A DNA stretch of 64,000 bases, from positions 186,001 through 250,000 of the forward strand of contig JANHCV010000010.1 in the NCBI GenBank assembly GCA_025594325.1, given 5' to 3'. The notes below the pieces were generated by a model, which did no database searches, was not told where the DNA came from, and was given only the letters and a program-made list of their open reading frames with translations. Shown here piece by piece: positions 22,213-33,596 of the stretch (position 1 is the stretch's first letter; each line of letters opens with the position of its first letter). The position numbers were made by a program, and so were the translations under genes. The stretch comes from Blastocladiella emersonii ATCC 22665. Its lineage: Eukaryota; Fungi; Blastocladiomycota.

Positions 22213-25200
22213 TCACTTGCGGAACACGAGGTCGACGCGCGCATGCCGGTCCCACACCGTGACGCCGTCGCTGACGCGGCGGAAGTGCACGATGCGGTGC
22301 AGCGGGACCCAGTCCGGGTGGTCCTCGTCGTCGGGCCGGAACGCCAGCAGCGCGCGCTCCTTGATCCCGTCGAACCGGTCCACGTACCCGACCACGTAGT
22401 CGGCCGGGTCGTACGTCGTGTCGTCCCACAGCAGCCGGTTCATCACGTCCTGCGCGGGCCGCAGCGGGCCGGTGCTCGGCTTGGGGCCGCTGTGCGGTCG
22501 CGGGGCAGGTACTGCATGTGCTGGTGCTGCCGCGGGTGCTGGCGCCTCGTCCGTGTCCATGGCTTCGTCTTGAACGTCGTCAGCCTGCGCCGTGTTGCTT
22601 CGACCGCGCCCGCCACGCCGCTGCTGCTCGGCCATCACCGTGTTCGCGTCGGCCGCCGCATTCGCTCCCGGCGCAATCGTCGCGTCGTCGCCCCAGTCGC
22701 GGTGACCCGCGGGCACGAGATCTTCATGGCGCACCTGGTCGCGCGGGACCGTCGTCACGTACCCGCACCACGGCACCGCGTCGGGCGGCGGCAAGAACCC
22801 GCGCAGGTGCTCCTCGACCGCGCGCGCATCGACGTCCCCCGCGATCCCGACCAGGTACGTCGCCTCGGCGTCGTGCGCGGCCGTGAGCTGCGTGTCGCTG
22901 AGCTGCGCCTCGGTGCGCGTCTGCAGCGGGATGGGCCACAGCTGCACGTCGCCCGAGACTGAGCGCAGGGCCTGCGCCCACCGGAACGTGCCGACGGCGC
23001 GCCGCCAGCCCGCCGCCTGCTCGGCGCCCGACCGCTGGAACGAGACGCGGACGAACGACGGGTACCGCTTGACGAACTCGGCGAACCCGGCGCCGTCGGC
23101 CGTGAGGTACTCGACGACTTCCGCGTCGTCCATCCCCACAACGCGCGCCGCGGCCTCACGGATCGCGCGCGCGATCACCGCGCATGTCGCGGGCGTGACG
23201 TGCCGGGCGATATTGATCTTGGGGGCGTGCACCGAGTACACGGCCATGGGCGCGCGGAGCGGCGCGGTGGGCGCGCCGCCGAGCGTCACAGCGACGACGG
23301 ACCACGGGTGCCGCGCGTACGTCATGAACCACGCGCGGACGAGGTCCACCGCGCTGCGCGCGCCCGGGTTCGCGTGCGCGACGCGCAGGACGAGGACCAG
23401 GAGCGACGCCCCGCCGAGGTACCCCGTGCGCCCGTCGTAGATCCCGCGGTCGCACGCCCACCGGCGCAGGACGCGGTACACGAGGCGGGCGGGGTCCGAC
23501 AGAACTTTTGCCATGGCGGCGCCGTCGCGCAGTGGGAGAAGCGCGGTGGCCACCGACTTGCGCAGCGTCGGGAAATCGGCGCGCAGCGGGTCGCGGATCC
23601 AGTCGCCCGCGCGCGCCAGGAACACGTTGCCGGGTGCCACGTACTGCACGTCCACGGAAACGCGGTCCCACGCGACGAACTGGACGACCGGGACCACCGA
23701 GTCGCGCACGCTGCGCACCAGGCGCAGGCCCGAGGGGCACGGCGTGCGCTCGACCGCGTCCGCGAACGCGGCGGGGGCGGTTGAGATGAAGCACAGCGCG
23801 TCGACGTCCGAGTCGCGCGAGTGTAGGTTCAGCCCGAACGAGCCGACGGCGACCAGGTCGGGGACGGGCAGCGGCGCGTACTTGTGCAGCCGGTTCAGGT
23901 GCCGCGCAACCAGCGCCAGCGCGCGGGTGCGGCACGCGTCGCCGTCGGGGGTCTCGTAGTCGCCGAGCGCCTCGAGCCGCGCGCGCACGTCCTCGTCCGT
24001 GATTTCGGCGGCAGCGGCGTCGCTCATGTCGACATCCCCGTCAACCTCGGCGCGGCGGAACGTGACCTCGACGCCGTAGTGGTCCGAGGCCGGGTACCCG
24101 GCCGCGAGCCGCTCGTCGTCGGACGCGAGATGCGCGACGCTCGCGGCCTCGTCGTCGGGGTGCCCGATGAGCCGGATCGCCGCGGGCGCCCACGCGCCGC
24201 CGGGCGCGTACACGATGCGGTCGTAGGCGTGGCTGACGGTCTGGTCCATGGCGCACGCGTGGGCAAGCGGGTTGGTGAGCGGGTCGAACGTGCCCAGCAC
24301 GGGTCCGCCGAGGACGTGCGCGGCATCGACCCACCCGTGGCGCGCGATCAGGAGGGCGTCCTCGTCGGGGTCGTCCGTGTTCCAGTCGCCCGCGACCATG
24401 GTGAGCCCCGTATTTGGGACCGCGGGCCGGTGCCGCGCGAGGAACTGGCCGATGGGGTCGACCTGCGCGACGCGCTTGTCCATGGGCTCGGCGTTGCTCG
24501 AGTGCGACGAGGTCAGGTGCACGACGGCGAGCGACGCGAGCAGGTCCGGGAACTGCGCGACCAGCACCTGCTTCTGGTGCGTCAGCCGCAGGTGCAGGTG
24601 GTGGAACGGGTACCGCGACAGCACCACGGCGGCGCCCATCTTCGGGAACAGCGCGCGCGCCCACTCGACGGACCCGTGCGAGACAAACCACGGGGTCTCG
24701 GCGGACCGTAACCACGGCGCCTCGAGCAGCATCGCGAGGAACAGCGGCGTCACCTCCTGGAGCGCGACCACGTCGGCGTCGGGCACCCGGTCGCGCAGCT
24801 GGTCGAGCAGCCGCACGTGGCGCGCGGCCGCCTGCAGGCGCCAGTCGTTGAGCACGTTGTAGGTGACGACGCGCAGCGTCGCGGGCGGGTCGCCCGGCGG
24901 CGCGAGACCCGGTGGGATCTCCTCGCCCGGCCGCACGAGCGGCGCCCACGCGTCCTTTTGCGGGTGGAACGCGTAGCACGGCAGCGTCACCCACGTCTCG
25001 TCGTACGCGTCGCTCTTGAGCTCGGTCGGCGTCGCTACCGCCGTGTACTCGCGCCACGCGGGCCAGTGGTCGATGGTCTCGGGAGTGGTGGCAGGGGAGG
25101 AGGGCGAGGCGGCGTGGTGCAGCAGCGGCAGCGTCTCGACGTGCGGCGTCGACGCGTCGGGGTCGTACATGGTCCCGACGAGCCCGTGCGGGTCTTCATT

Positions 25201-25914
25201 CCCCGCCACTCCGCCGAACGGGACGTAGTGCGCGAACGAGAACGGATCGTCGTCGCGCCGGCGCAGGACGTAGACCCCCTGCACCGTCCACGCGAGCGAC
25301 GGCACGTCGGGATCCGTATCCTGCATCGCGGCGCGCGCCGCGGCCTCGATCTCGGCGACCTCGGGCGCCGTCTGCCCCGGCTGCCCCGGGTTCCACGCCG
25401 CGCGCGCCACCGTCAGGTGCGCCTGGTACCCGGACTCGTGCTTGGCGGTCCCGTCGCACGCCGGGAACGCGCCCGCGAGGGACGCGTGCAGCTGCGCGAA
25501 CTCGGTGCCGGCGTTGGGGGTCTCGGGCTGCGCGACGATGTACGCGGCGCGCTTCGCGATGAACGTCGTCACGTCGCGCAGCGCAACGTCAAACGGTTGC
25601 GTGGTGGCGAGCGCGGCGGCGAGGTCGGGGAGCGCGGCGGGAAGCTCGCGAGGCGTGAGGAACGGGAAGAGAAGGTTGATGTGCGGCGGCCACCGCGAGT
25701 GCCCGGGGTCCAGCACGCGCCGGAACGGCTGCAGCCGCGGCCACAGCGCGGGCGGCGGGATCACGGCCACGGCCGTGTGCACGCTGAGGGTCGGCGAGGG
25801 CGAGGAGGACATGTTGGTCGTTGAGCGGGTAGAGCGTGAGGTAGTCGTGGGCGCCAGTGTGCGGGCGGTAGCTAGAAGAAGGCGGGCAGCGCGGCAGCGG
25901 TTCATCAGCATCAT
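22213..25914 (-). CDS. Multidomain RNA-end processing/repair protein: 2H phosphoesterase + EEP nuclease/phosphatase + poly(A)-polymerase-like nucleotidyltransferase + MJ1316 domain
   Basis: Single 1234-codon exon. 2H: PPHINL and AHLTV. EEP: TYNVL, ALQEV, VHLTS, AGDWN, YDRI, SDHYGV. NTase: VGSFGL...DSDVD and LRRWACDRGIY...GYLGG. C-terminal MJ1316-like LRPAQDVMNRLLWD...VGYVDRFDG...VPLHRIVHFRR...VWDRHARVD. Confidence 0.88.
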   Translation of the reverse strand: MMLMNRCRAARLLLATARTLAPTTTSRSTRSTTNMSSSPSPTLSVHTAVAVIPPPALWPRLQPFRRVLDPGHSRWPPHINLLFPFLTPRELPAALPDLAAALATTQPFDVALRDVTTFIAKRAAYIVAQPETPNAGTEFAQLHASLAGAFPACDGTAKHESGYQAHLTVARAAWNPGQPGQTAPEVAEIEAAARAAMQDTDPDVPSLAWTVQGVYVLRRRDDDPFSFAHYVPFGGVAGNEDPHGLVGTMYDPDASTPHVETLPLLHHAASPSSPATTPETIDHWPAWREYTAVATPTELKSDAYDETWVTLPCYAFHPQKDAWAPLVRPGEEIPPGLAPPGDPPATLRVVTYNVLNDWRLQAAARHVRLLDQLRDRVPDADVVALQEVTPLFLAMLLEAPWLRSAETPWFVSHGSVEWARALFPKMGAAVVLSRYPFHHLHLRLTHQKQVLVAQFPDLLASLAVVHLTSSHSSNAEPMDKRVAQVDPIGQFLARHRPAVPNTGLTMVAGDWNTDDPDEDALLIARHGWVDAAHVLGGPVLGTFDPLTNPLAHACAMDQTVSHAYDRIVYAPGGAWAPAAIRLIGHPDDEAASVAHLASDDERLAAGYPASDHYGVEVTFRRAEVDGDVDMSDAAAAEITDEDVRARLEALGDYETPDGDACRTRALALVARHLNRLHKYAPLPVPDLVAVGSFGLNLHSRDSDVDALCFISTAPAAFADAVERTPCPSGLRLVRSVRDSVVPVVQFVAWDRVSVDVQYVAPGNVFLARAGDWIRDPLRADFPTLRKSVATALLPLRDGAAMAKVLSDPARLVYRVLRRWACDRGIYDGRTGYLGGASLLVLVLRVAHANPGARSAVDLVRAWFMTYARHPWSVVAVTLGGAPTAPLRAPMAVYSVHAPKINIARHVTPATCAVIARAIREAAARVVGMDDAEVVEYLTADGAGFAEFVKRYPSFVRVSFQRSGAEQAAGWRRAVGTFRWAQALRSVSGDVQLWPIPLQTRTEAQLSDTQLTAAHDAEATYLVGIAGDVDARAVEEHLRGFLPPPDAVPWCGYVTTVPRDQVRHEDLVPAGHRDWGDDATIAPGANAAADANTVMAEQQRRGGRGRSNTAQADDVQDEAMDTDEAPAPAAAPAHAVPAPRPHSGPKPSTGPLRPAQDVMNRLLWDDTTYDPADYVVGYVDRFDGIKERALLAFRPDDEDHPDWVPLHRIVHFRRVSDGVTVWDRHARVDLVFRK

Positions 25915-26541
25915 CGTCGTCGTTGATCCATGGTCGGTCGGAGCGGAGAAAGAGCGCACTCACATCGATCACGCAGAAGTAGCGCGTTGCACCGAGTAGC
26001 ACTGTCTCTCGCCGTCCTCACGCGGGCGGGCGCACTCTATATCACATCCTTCTCTCGCGGCCGCGGCGGGTGGCGGCGTCGAGGCGTTGCGGCGCGGCGC
26101 GTGAGTCAAACGCTCGCGCTGCTGAACGACTCAACCCTCTCTCCCGCCTACGCCCTCGATGAACATCCAGTGACGTGATACGGCAGTACATGCATCGATG
26201 CGAGGTCCGCGAGTGGAGCCGGTGACGCGACGCGCTGGAGTTGACGACGGTCGGTGAGGGCGGGAAGCGCGGCGTGAGTGACGACGACGACGCGTCGTGG
26301 TGGGGGATGTGAGACGCTGGCCGTGCTTCAGCACTCTTCTCCGCCTCGGCCGACGTCAGCATCGCGTCGCAGGCGTGCTGCTGGCTGCGAGCGCGACGTG
26401 CCGCTCCCTGAGCTCGTTCCGCTGGCCACGTGCTGTCCTCGATCTGTGTCTGGCTCGCGGTTCCGGCTAAGACTCGGCGCGATGGCGCTCTACGATTACG
26501 ATGACAGACTGGCTTACAACAAAATAACTTTCATGTATTGC

Positions 26542-27384
26542 TCAAAACGGGCTATCATAGCGGCTCGACTCGACGAGGTGGTGCTCGCTGAGTTCTTCGG
26601 CCTTGGACCGTCGCCCGCTTCTGCTGTTGCTCCCGCCGCCGCTGCGAGCCGATCCACCGCGCCGTCCGCCGCGTCCGCCGCGTCCACCGCGCTGCACGGC
26701 GCTCCTGGGCACGCTGGTGCTGGGAGCCGCCGACCAGTCTGCGACGCCAGCTGACCAGTCTGCCATGGCCGGCTCCGTCACTCTGGCCTTAGCCTTAGCT
26801 GTCGCCGTGTACGTGGTCCCAACGAGCCCAAACGGGTCCCACAGCGCGCCCCTCCCGCCGCCGAACGGGACGTAGTCGTCGAACGCGTACGGCTCGTTCT
26901 CGGTGCGGCGCAAGACGTAGACACCTTCAACGGGCCACGCGAGCCCACCGCCCGCGACCGCATCCGCCGCCGCCGCATCGATCGCCGCCGTCTCCTCGGC
27001 GCGGCCGAGCGTCAGGTGCGCCTGGAACGCGGACCGGTGTCCCTTGGTGCACTCCGGGAACGCCGCGGCCAGCGCCGCGTACAGCGCGGCGAACGGCGCG
27101 TCGCTCGCGGACGACGGCTTCGCGTACACGTACCCGCCGCGGCGTGTGGCGAACTGGCCGACGCCCGTCAGCGAGACGGTGAAGGGGGAGAGCGGCGCGA
27201 GCGCGGATTTGAGGGTGTCGGTGGACGCGGAGAGCGCGGAGGGCGCGACGAAGGGGAACAGCAGGTTCAGGTGCGGCGGCCAACGCCCGTACGCCGGGTC
27301 GTGGACCGAGCGGACGGCTTGGAGGCGCGGCCACAGCGCCGGGGGTGGGATCACGGCGATGGCGGTCAGGACGCTGGTGGCCAT
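26542..27384 (-). CDS. Stand-alone 2H phosphoesterase with RGG-rich tail (paralog of the N-terminal domain of the adjacent gene)
   Basis: AVIPPPALWPRLQ...RWPPHLNLLFPF...FQAHLTL...GVYVLRR...YVPFGG...DPFGLVGT aligns collinearly with the neighbour; tail RGGRGGRGGRRGG. Confidence 0.88.
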   Translation of the reverse strand: MATSVLTAIAVIPPPALWPRLQAVRSVHDPAYGRWPPHLNLLFPFVAPSALSASTDTLKSALAPLSPFTVSLTGVGQFATRRGGYVYAKPSSASDAPFAALYAALAAAFPECTKGHRSAFQAHLTLGRAEETAAIDAAAADAVAGGGLAWPVEGVYVLRRTENEPYAFDDYVPFGGGRGALWDPFGLVGTTYTATAKAKARVTEPAMADWSAGVADWSAAPSTSVPRSAVQRGGRGGRGGRRGGSARSGGGSNSRSGRRSKAEELSEHHLVESSRYDSPF

Positions 27385-28033
27385 GGTTGCGAGGGCTAGA
27401 GGGTGGGGTCCGTGGTCAGGCTCGCGTCTGTGCAGCGGGTGCGAGGGGTGCGGCTTACATTGGATTCGTTTTTTACTCTGATGGATCGTGTTCGTCGCCT
27501 GCTCGTCTGAAGAGGGAGGGAGAACCGTTGGCCAAGAGGAGCGGCAGGGACAGGGAGGCGTGGTCGGCAGTGGTCAGCGGCCCGCCCGACGACGACGACG
27601 GGCGCCAGCCAAGTCGCTGCCGACTCACCTCACCTCCCGCCGCCCCCACACCATGAACCGCCGAGTCATCTTGCTACTCATGCCACCCCATGCACCAGGG
27701 CGCTGAAAGCAGGGGCCGCGCGCCAAGCCGTTCCCGCGGCCCCTTCACGCCGCGCCCAAGACGACGACCTACCGTTCCCCGCTGCGCGCCCGCTCGCCGA
27801 GGCGAGGGCGATGCGTGTCTCTGATGCGCGATCCGTCGCTTGCTCCACGCCTCGCCCTCCCTCGGCGACGGACGCAGCGGGGACGGTCCCGCCGGGGAGC
27901 ACCCCCGCGTGCTCGCACTTGCAGCTGACCGCCGCGAGGCCCAACGGCTCCAGCGCGAGGATCCCTGCGCACATTCGCTCACATGTTGCTACTCTTTGGC
28001 CGGCGCACGCGCAAAACTGTATTGGTACACTGC

Positions 28034-31000
28034 TCACTTCTTCCCGCTACTCGCTTGCTGGGCTGCACCCGCACCCGCCCCCGCCGCCGCTGGCTGCGCC
28101 GGCCCTCCTGTCGACGGCGTCGGGATCCCGGAAGCGACACGGCGCGCAGCCGCGACGAACCGCTTCTTGGTGCGTATCTCCGGGCTGCGGATCTGGGAGA
28201 GCCCGAGTCCCGTGGGTGACACGGCGCCGCTCGCCCCGCCCCCGCCGCTCGCCATGGTCGGACTCATCGGGATCCCCGTCACGACGGCGCCGGGCGCGAG
28301 CCCGCCGAACCCCCCTAAACCGAGCTGGTTGAGCGACCCGCCGCTGCCGCTGCCGCTCGCGTTGTTGTTACCCATCATCCCGCCGACGGCGCCGCCAGTG
28401 TTGCCGCCGCCACCACCCGTGCCTGCGGCGAGGGCGGCGAGGAGCCCCGTCGACCCGCCGCCGCCGGATCCCAAAAACGCTTTCCCCGCGGACCCCGCGT
28501 TGCGCGACCGGCGCTGGCTGCCGAACCGCGACGCGGTGAGCAGCGCCTTGCGGGCGCGCTCGTGCCCGATCTGCACGTTCTTGAAGTGCGTCAGCAGGTC
28601 GGCCCACTTGACCTCGGCCCCGTTGCTGCGCTTGAGCAGGAACTTGGACGGCGCGGGTTCGGGCGCGCTACACGGGGACGGCCGTCAGTACACCGCCCCG
28701 CGCAAACGTCACCAGCAAGACGTACGTCCGCGGCACGACGTGCATGTACCCGAGCGTCGAGACGCACGTGAGGCGGTTGCGCAGCGTGGCGAACGCGCTC
28801 GACTGCGGGAGCAGCATCAGCAGGCCGTACAGGCACTTGAACAGGTACGGGTACCGGTCGGGCTCCAGCAGCTGCAGCCGCAGGTACGAGAACACGGGCG
28901 ACTCGAGCAGCTGCACCAGCTTGTCGATCTGCACCAGCAGGTTCACCGTGATCTCGAGGTCCTCGCTACACTCCCGAAATGTCAGTACACGCGCGTGGGG
29001 TGGAGGGAAGGATGACGAAACGGACAAGATCTGGAGCAAGTTGAACCCGTGCTCGTACGCCTGCGCGAGGAGGCACAGCGAGAAGGTCGCGACGGCGCTG
29101 TGCGCCCACGACCGGTACAGGTCGGCGAACAGCTGCTGGCCGTCCTTCTCAAACGCGCGCAGCCGGCGCCGCATGTCGCTGAGCTCGGCCGACGTGATGA
29201 GGATCAGGTTGAGGTTCGTGATCATGGTGCTGGCAAACTCAACGTCCTCCTCGCGCTCGAGCACCTGCGAGAAGGACCGGAACACGTCCTCGGGCGACAG
29301 CGCGAGGCACAGCTGGCGCACGATCAGCGACCCGCGCGCCTCGAGCAGCTTGCGGTCGCGGCAGAACAGCAGCAAAATGTCGGCCATGAGCACGTCGAAC
29401 TGCGCGCCCTCGGAAAACGACGAGACCTGCGCCACGAGCTGCAGCGCGCGCTTGACCACGTCCTCGGACGGGTCCGACAGCAGCGTGAACACGGTCGGCA
29501 GCAGGTTCGGGAACGCGAGCACGAACGGCGGCGCCTTCTTGTGCAGCATCAGCAGCCACTCGAGACACCCCATGCGCGTCTCCTCGGCCACGTTCGTGCA
29601 CAGCGCCAGCACCGTCTGCAGCACCTGCCCGAGATCGAGCCGCGTCATCTCCGTCTGCTGCGCCAGGTCCGACTCGGCGATCAAAGTGAACAGCAGGCTG
29701 TTGGTCGTCGCCGCCGTCGACTGGATCCCCTGGTCCATGGCCGCGATCGCCGGGAGCACCGGGCGCAGGATCTCGCTCGCGAAGGGCAGCATGATCTGCC
29801 GCGCCAGCAGGATGAACTCGTTGATCCACTGCAGGCACGTCACGCGAACCTCGAGCGACGCGGCGGCGCTGGTCGCGGCCGTCGTTCCGCCGCCACCTCC
29901 GCCGGCTGCCGTGCCACCGGCCGATGACGCGTCGAGGAACGGGAGCAGCAGCGTGAACATGCGCGGGAAGTCGAGGTGCACGTTCTGCGCGGGGATCCAG
30001 TTACCCGCCTCGCCCTCGCGCGCGCCGAGGTCGACGCGGTCGAGGCTGTCGCCGTAAATGGACCGCTCGAGCGCGCCAAACCCGATGCCGAGCCGGCGCT
30101 GCACGTCGACGGCCTCGGAGATCTCGCGCAGCAGCTCGGCGAGCAGGTTGGACGTGGCGACGCGCACGTCCTCGTTGTCGTCGGTCAGGAACTTGAACAG
30201 GCCGGGCAGGAAGATGTGGATCGATGATACGAGCTCGACGCCGGGCACCGAGTCGAGGACGGCGAGCCACGCGACGAGAAAGGAGCGCGTGAACGGGTTG
30301 AGCGTGTGGATGCGCTCCTCGAGCAACGAAATGAACTCGTCCAGGTTGAACAGCGTGAAGGTCGTGACGTGCGTGCTCTTTTGCTCCGTGATAATGTCCT
30401 TGAGCAGCCGGTCGAGCAGCTCGGCGCCGCTCTTGACCGACAGGTCCGTGTCGGCGAACAGCTACGCGGGAAGCGGTGTGAGAAGTGTGGTGTGGAGTCA
30501 CGGTGTTGGGGGTGTACCTTGCTCAGCACGTCAAAGATCTGCGGGAAGCTCGCGAGAATGTGGTGGCGAGCGACCTTGGCGATATTGTACAGGCTCTCGC
30601 ACGCGTAGTACCGCACGCGCGAGTCCATGTCCTGGAAGCACGCGAGGACGGGCGATACGATCATGCCGATAAAGTGCGGTATCAAGTCCTAGTGAAGACT
30701 GTGTGAGTCGCGGTTGCGCGTAAGGGAAGAGTGGGGCGAGCGTACTGGTCCGAGAGCAATGGATATCTACATGGTCGCCGCAGCCGTGTCAGTCCCGCTC
30801 TGCATCCCACGAGAACGACGCGATGCGCACCGCGGCGAGGCCAATGAGCCCGCCATTCCGCAGATTCGAGACGGACGTGGTGATGAACTCGTCCGAGAGG
30901 AACTTGATGAGCGTCGAGACAGTCGGCTGGTAGCCCTCGGGATGCTGCGCGACCGTGTCCCGCACAATCCTGAGAGCGAGAGCGCGGCGTCAGCCAGGAA

Positions 31001-31133
31001 CGGTGGCGCACGCAACGCACGGAACCCACTTTTCAATCTCGAGCGCAGCGACCTTGCGCTTGTCGTAGAGCTTGTCGGAGAGCCCGCGCACCACGAGGGG
31101 CGGCAGAATCTGCGACGAGATGGGCTCGGCCAT
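28034..31133 (-). CDS. VAC14: PI(3,5)P2 regulatory scaffold Vac14
   Basis: Multi-exon. LSDKLYDKRKVAALEIEK, GGLIGLAA/ISIALGP, DSRVRYYACESLYNIAKV, QIDKLVQLLESPVFSYLRLQLLEP and LYGLLMLLPQSSAFATLRNRL. Confidence 0.95.
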
Positions 31134-31623
31134 GGCGAGTTGACGGGATGGTGGGCTGCGCAAGCTATCACTCTGGGGGACGCCGGGGCGCCGTGTGCAT
31201 GAAGTTGCGTCAATCGATGGCGCCTGTATCGGCGTGGGTTACATGTGCGAGGGTACGGGGAGCAACCGGGCGGAGAGACTCGAGGGAAAAAAGTCAACGC
31301 GACGAAGAAAAGGCAAGGATCAGCCGCACGTGGCGCCACACGCCCAACTGCGACGCGTCTCGCGTCTCGCGTCTCGCAACCCGTCAGCGAGCCGATGTCT
31401 CCCCGCTGCCGCCGGCCGGTGCCCCCGCTGACCAAAGCGCGGAGAAGCCGCACGCACGCGGGCGCTGGCTCACTCGATGCATGCTGCCCGGCCCGGCCAC
31501 CGCGTACACAGCGACCCTCCTCCCCCTTCCATGCAGCCAACCCCATACACCCGCCTCGCGGCCTAGACGACCTTCATCCATCGCACATTGCTACGCACCA
31601 CCACCACCCCCAAAGTCTCCGCC

Positions 31624-32272
31624 ATGCCCAACTCAAGCACCGCCCCGTGGCCGTGCGTCGCGACCGTGGTCCACACGGTGCGCCAGTTCCTCGCGCGGCT
31701 GGTCGGGCGAGACGAGGACGCCGAGGAGCGGCTCCCGCTGCACAACCGGTACCAGCAGATCAAGAGTCCCGAGCTCAAGAATCAGCCCGTCGACTCGTTC
31801 TCGCTCGTGTCGCTCGAGCTGCGCCCCGGCATGAGCTTCGCGGGCAGCGCGGCCGCGCTCGACGCCGCCTCGGCCGAGCACCAGCAGCGCGTCGACCCGG
31901 CCCAGATGGACCTCGGGCTCTCGGCGCTCTCGTGGGGACGTATCAGCTTCAACTCGCTGCCGAGTACTGTGCCTGAGCAGCGCGCCGTCGCTCAGCCGGA
32001 GGTACGTTGCTTACGGTACTTGACGAGGGCGAGTCACTCACGTTCTCCCCAACCCGTAGACCGACCGCGCCCGCGACGCGCACGACGCCCGGTCGACGAT
32101 GCGCACACCGTCGCCCGTCCGCAAGCTCGCGTGGGAGGCCCTCGTCCCGTGGCGCACCCTCGGCCCGCGCCAGTGGTCCGAGTACAACACGGTCGACGAG
32201 CTCCCGCCCCTCGACCCCGTCGCCGAGACCAACGGCGGCGCGACCGCGTCGCCGGCCATGATCAAGGTCTAA
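31624..32272 (+). CDS. Hypothetical protein (196 aa)
   Basis: Exons 31624-32001 and 32060-32272 join in frame across a 58-nt gtacgt...tag intron; high GC3; no recognisable family. Confidence 0.6.
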
Positions 32273-32844
32273 GCGCCGCCTTCCCTCACTTCCTTTCTTC
32301 TTCTTGTTCGCTCGCTCGCTACCCTTGCTCCCTTGCTCGGTCTTCACCATACCTGTCGCTCCCGCCGACATCATTGACTATACCACATGGAACTGGCTCA
32401 CTGCGCGTGGGTGCTGAGACGGCGCACAGGGGAAGCGAACTGGTTCGGAGCACAACGAGCGACAGGAGCGCGATCTCGACCAGATGAGGACCCTCTCGGT
32501 CGACTAAGCTGTCTACGATGAGCAAGCTTAGTGCCGGTCAAGGACAAGGTTGTGTTGGACAAGTGGTACGGCGTCGATGCTGGACGCGCCGCCGGAGCGC
32601 GATCTCGCCAGTTGAGACTCCAACTGATTGACTAATAGGCCAACAAGGAGCGCACCTGCAGTGCCAGTCAAGAGCGAAATGGTGACGGGCCAGCGAGGGA
32701 AGGAGTTGTGACCGAGTTCCGGGACGCGTCGGTGAACGCGTCTGACGTGGCTGAACCCGCGCCGTGTGGCGCACGCAAACACGCTAACGCCTCGTCGCCG
32801 GACTTTGCTTGCTCGCTCTCTCCGTTTTCGTTGGAAATCTCAAA

Positions 32845-33596
32845 ATGGCACATACCATCTCGCCGTCACGCACACGCCTCGCCATCGCCGCGCGCACGCA
32901 CGCCGCCCTCGACGACGACGCCGTAAAAAAAAACATGCATCGACACCATGAAACTTGGCCACCGTCGCGACGCTGCCGCCCTGCCGAAACGCCGCCCCGC
33001 CGCCATGCCGGATGGTTGTGTGTGACCACCTCGCGCGAGACCACCCCCGCAGCACCCTGTCACCCCGAAACTACGCCGGATGGTTGCCCGTGCACTCCCC
33101 GCGTCCTGCAGCCTGGGGAGACTATCGCCGTTCGTTTTTTGGGTGGCCCGGCGAACCTATGCTCGGCGGCAGCGTCACGACGAAATTCGCGAAACTGGCG
33201 TCGTCGTCGTCGATCCCGGCGCCTTGTTTGCGTGCGCGCTACGTTGTCGAGGCGTGGGCAACCGCTATCGTCCACGCGAACGTCGCCACTGACGCCCTCG
33301 ACCCTGTGCACTTCCTTGCACCCTACAGGGTAAGGTCCACGGTTCGCTCGCTCGCGCTGGTAAGGTTAAGGGTCAGACCCCCAAGGTCGAGAAGCAGGCC
33401 GACAAGAAGAAGCCCAAGACCGGCCGCGCCAAGAAGCGCCTCATCTACATCCGCCGCTTCGTCAACGCCCCCGTCATGTTCGGCGGCAAGCGCAAGGTTC
33501 GCATCTGCTCGCTGCGCGATTGCCGCAATCAGTCGGAAGCTAACGCTGCCTTGTCGTCCGCTCCAGATGAACCCCGCCCCCACCGAGAAGCCCTAA
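32845..33596 (+). CDS. RPS30: 40S ribosomal protein S30 (eS30)
   Basis: Exon 33329-33496 [23 protein letters not shown]...RRFVN and exon 33567-33596. An ATG-only first exon at 32845-32847 (caaaATG) is inferred and would need a GC donor. Confidence 0.9.

Noticed and set aside
32848-33328. Box C/D snoRNA in the RP introns
   Set aside because: No RTGATGA box C with a matching terminal CTGA and stem was found by eye in either intron; an H/ACA RNA is not excluded.
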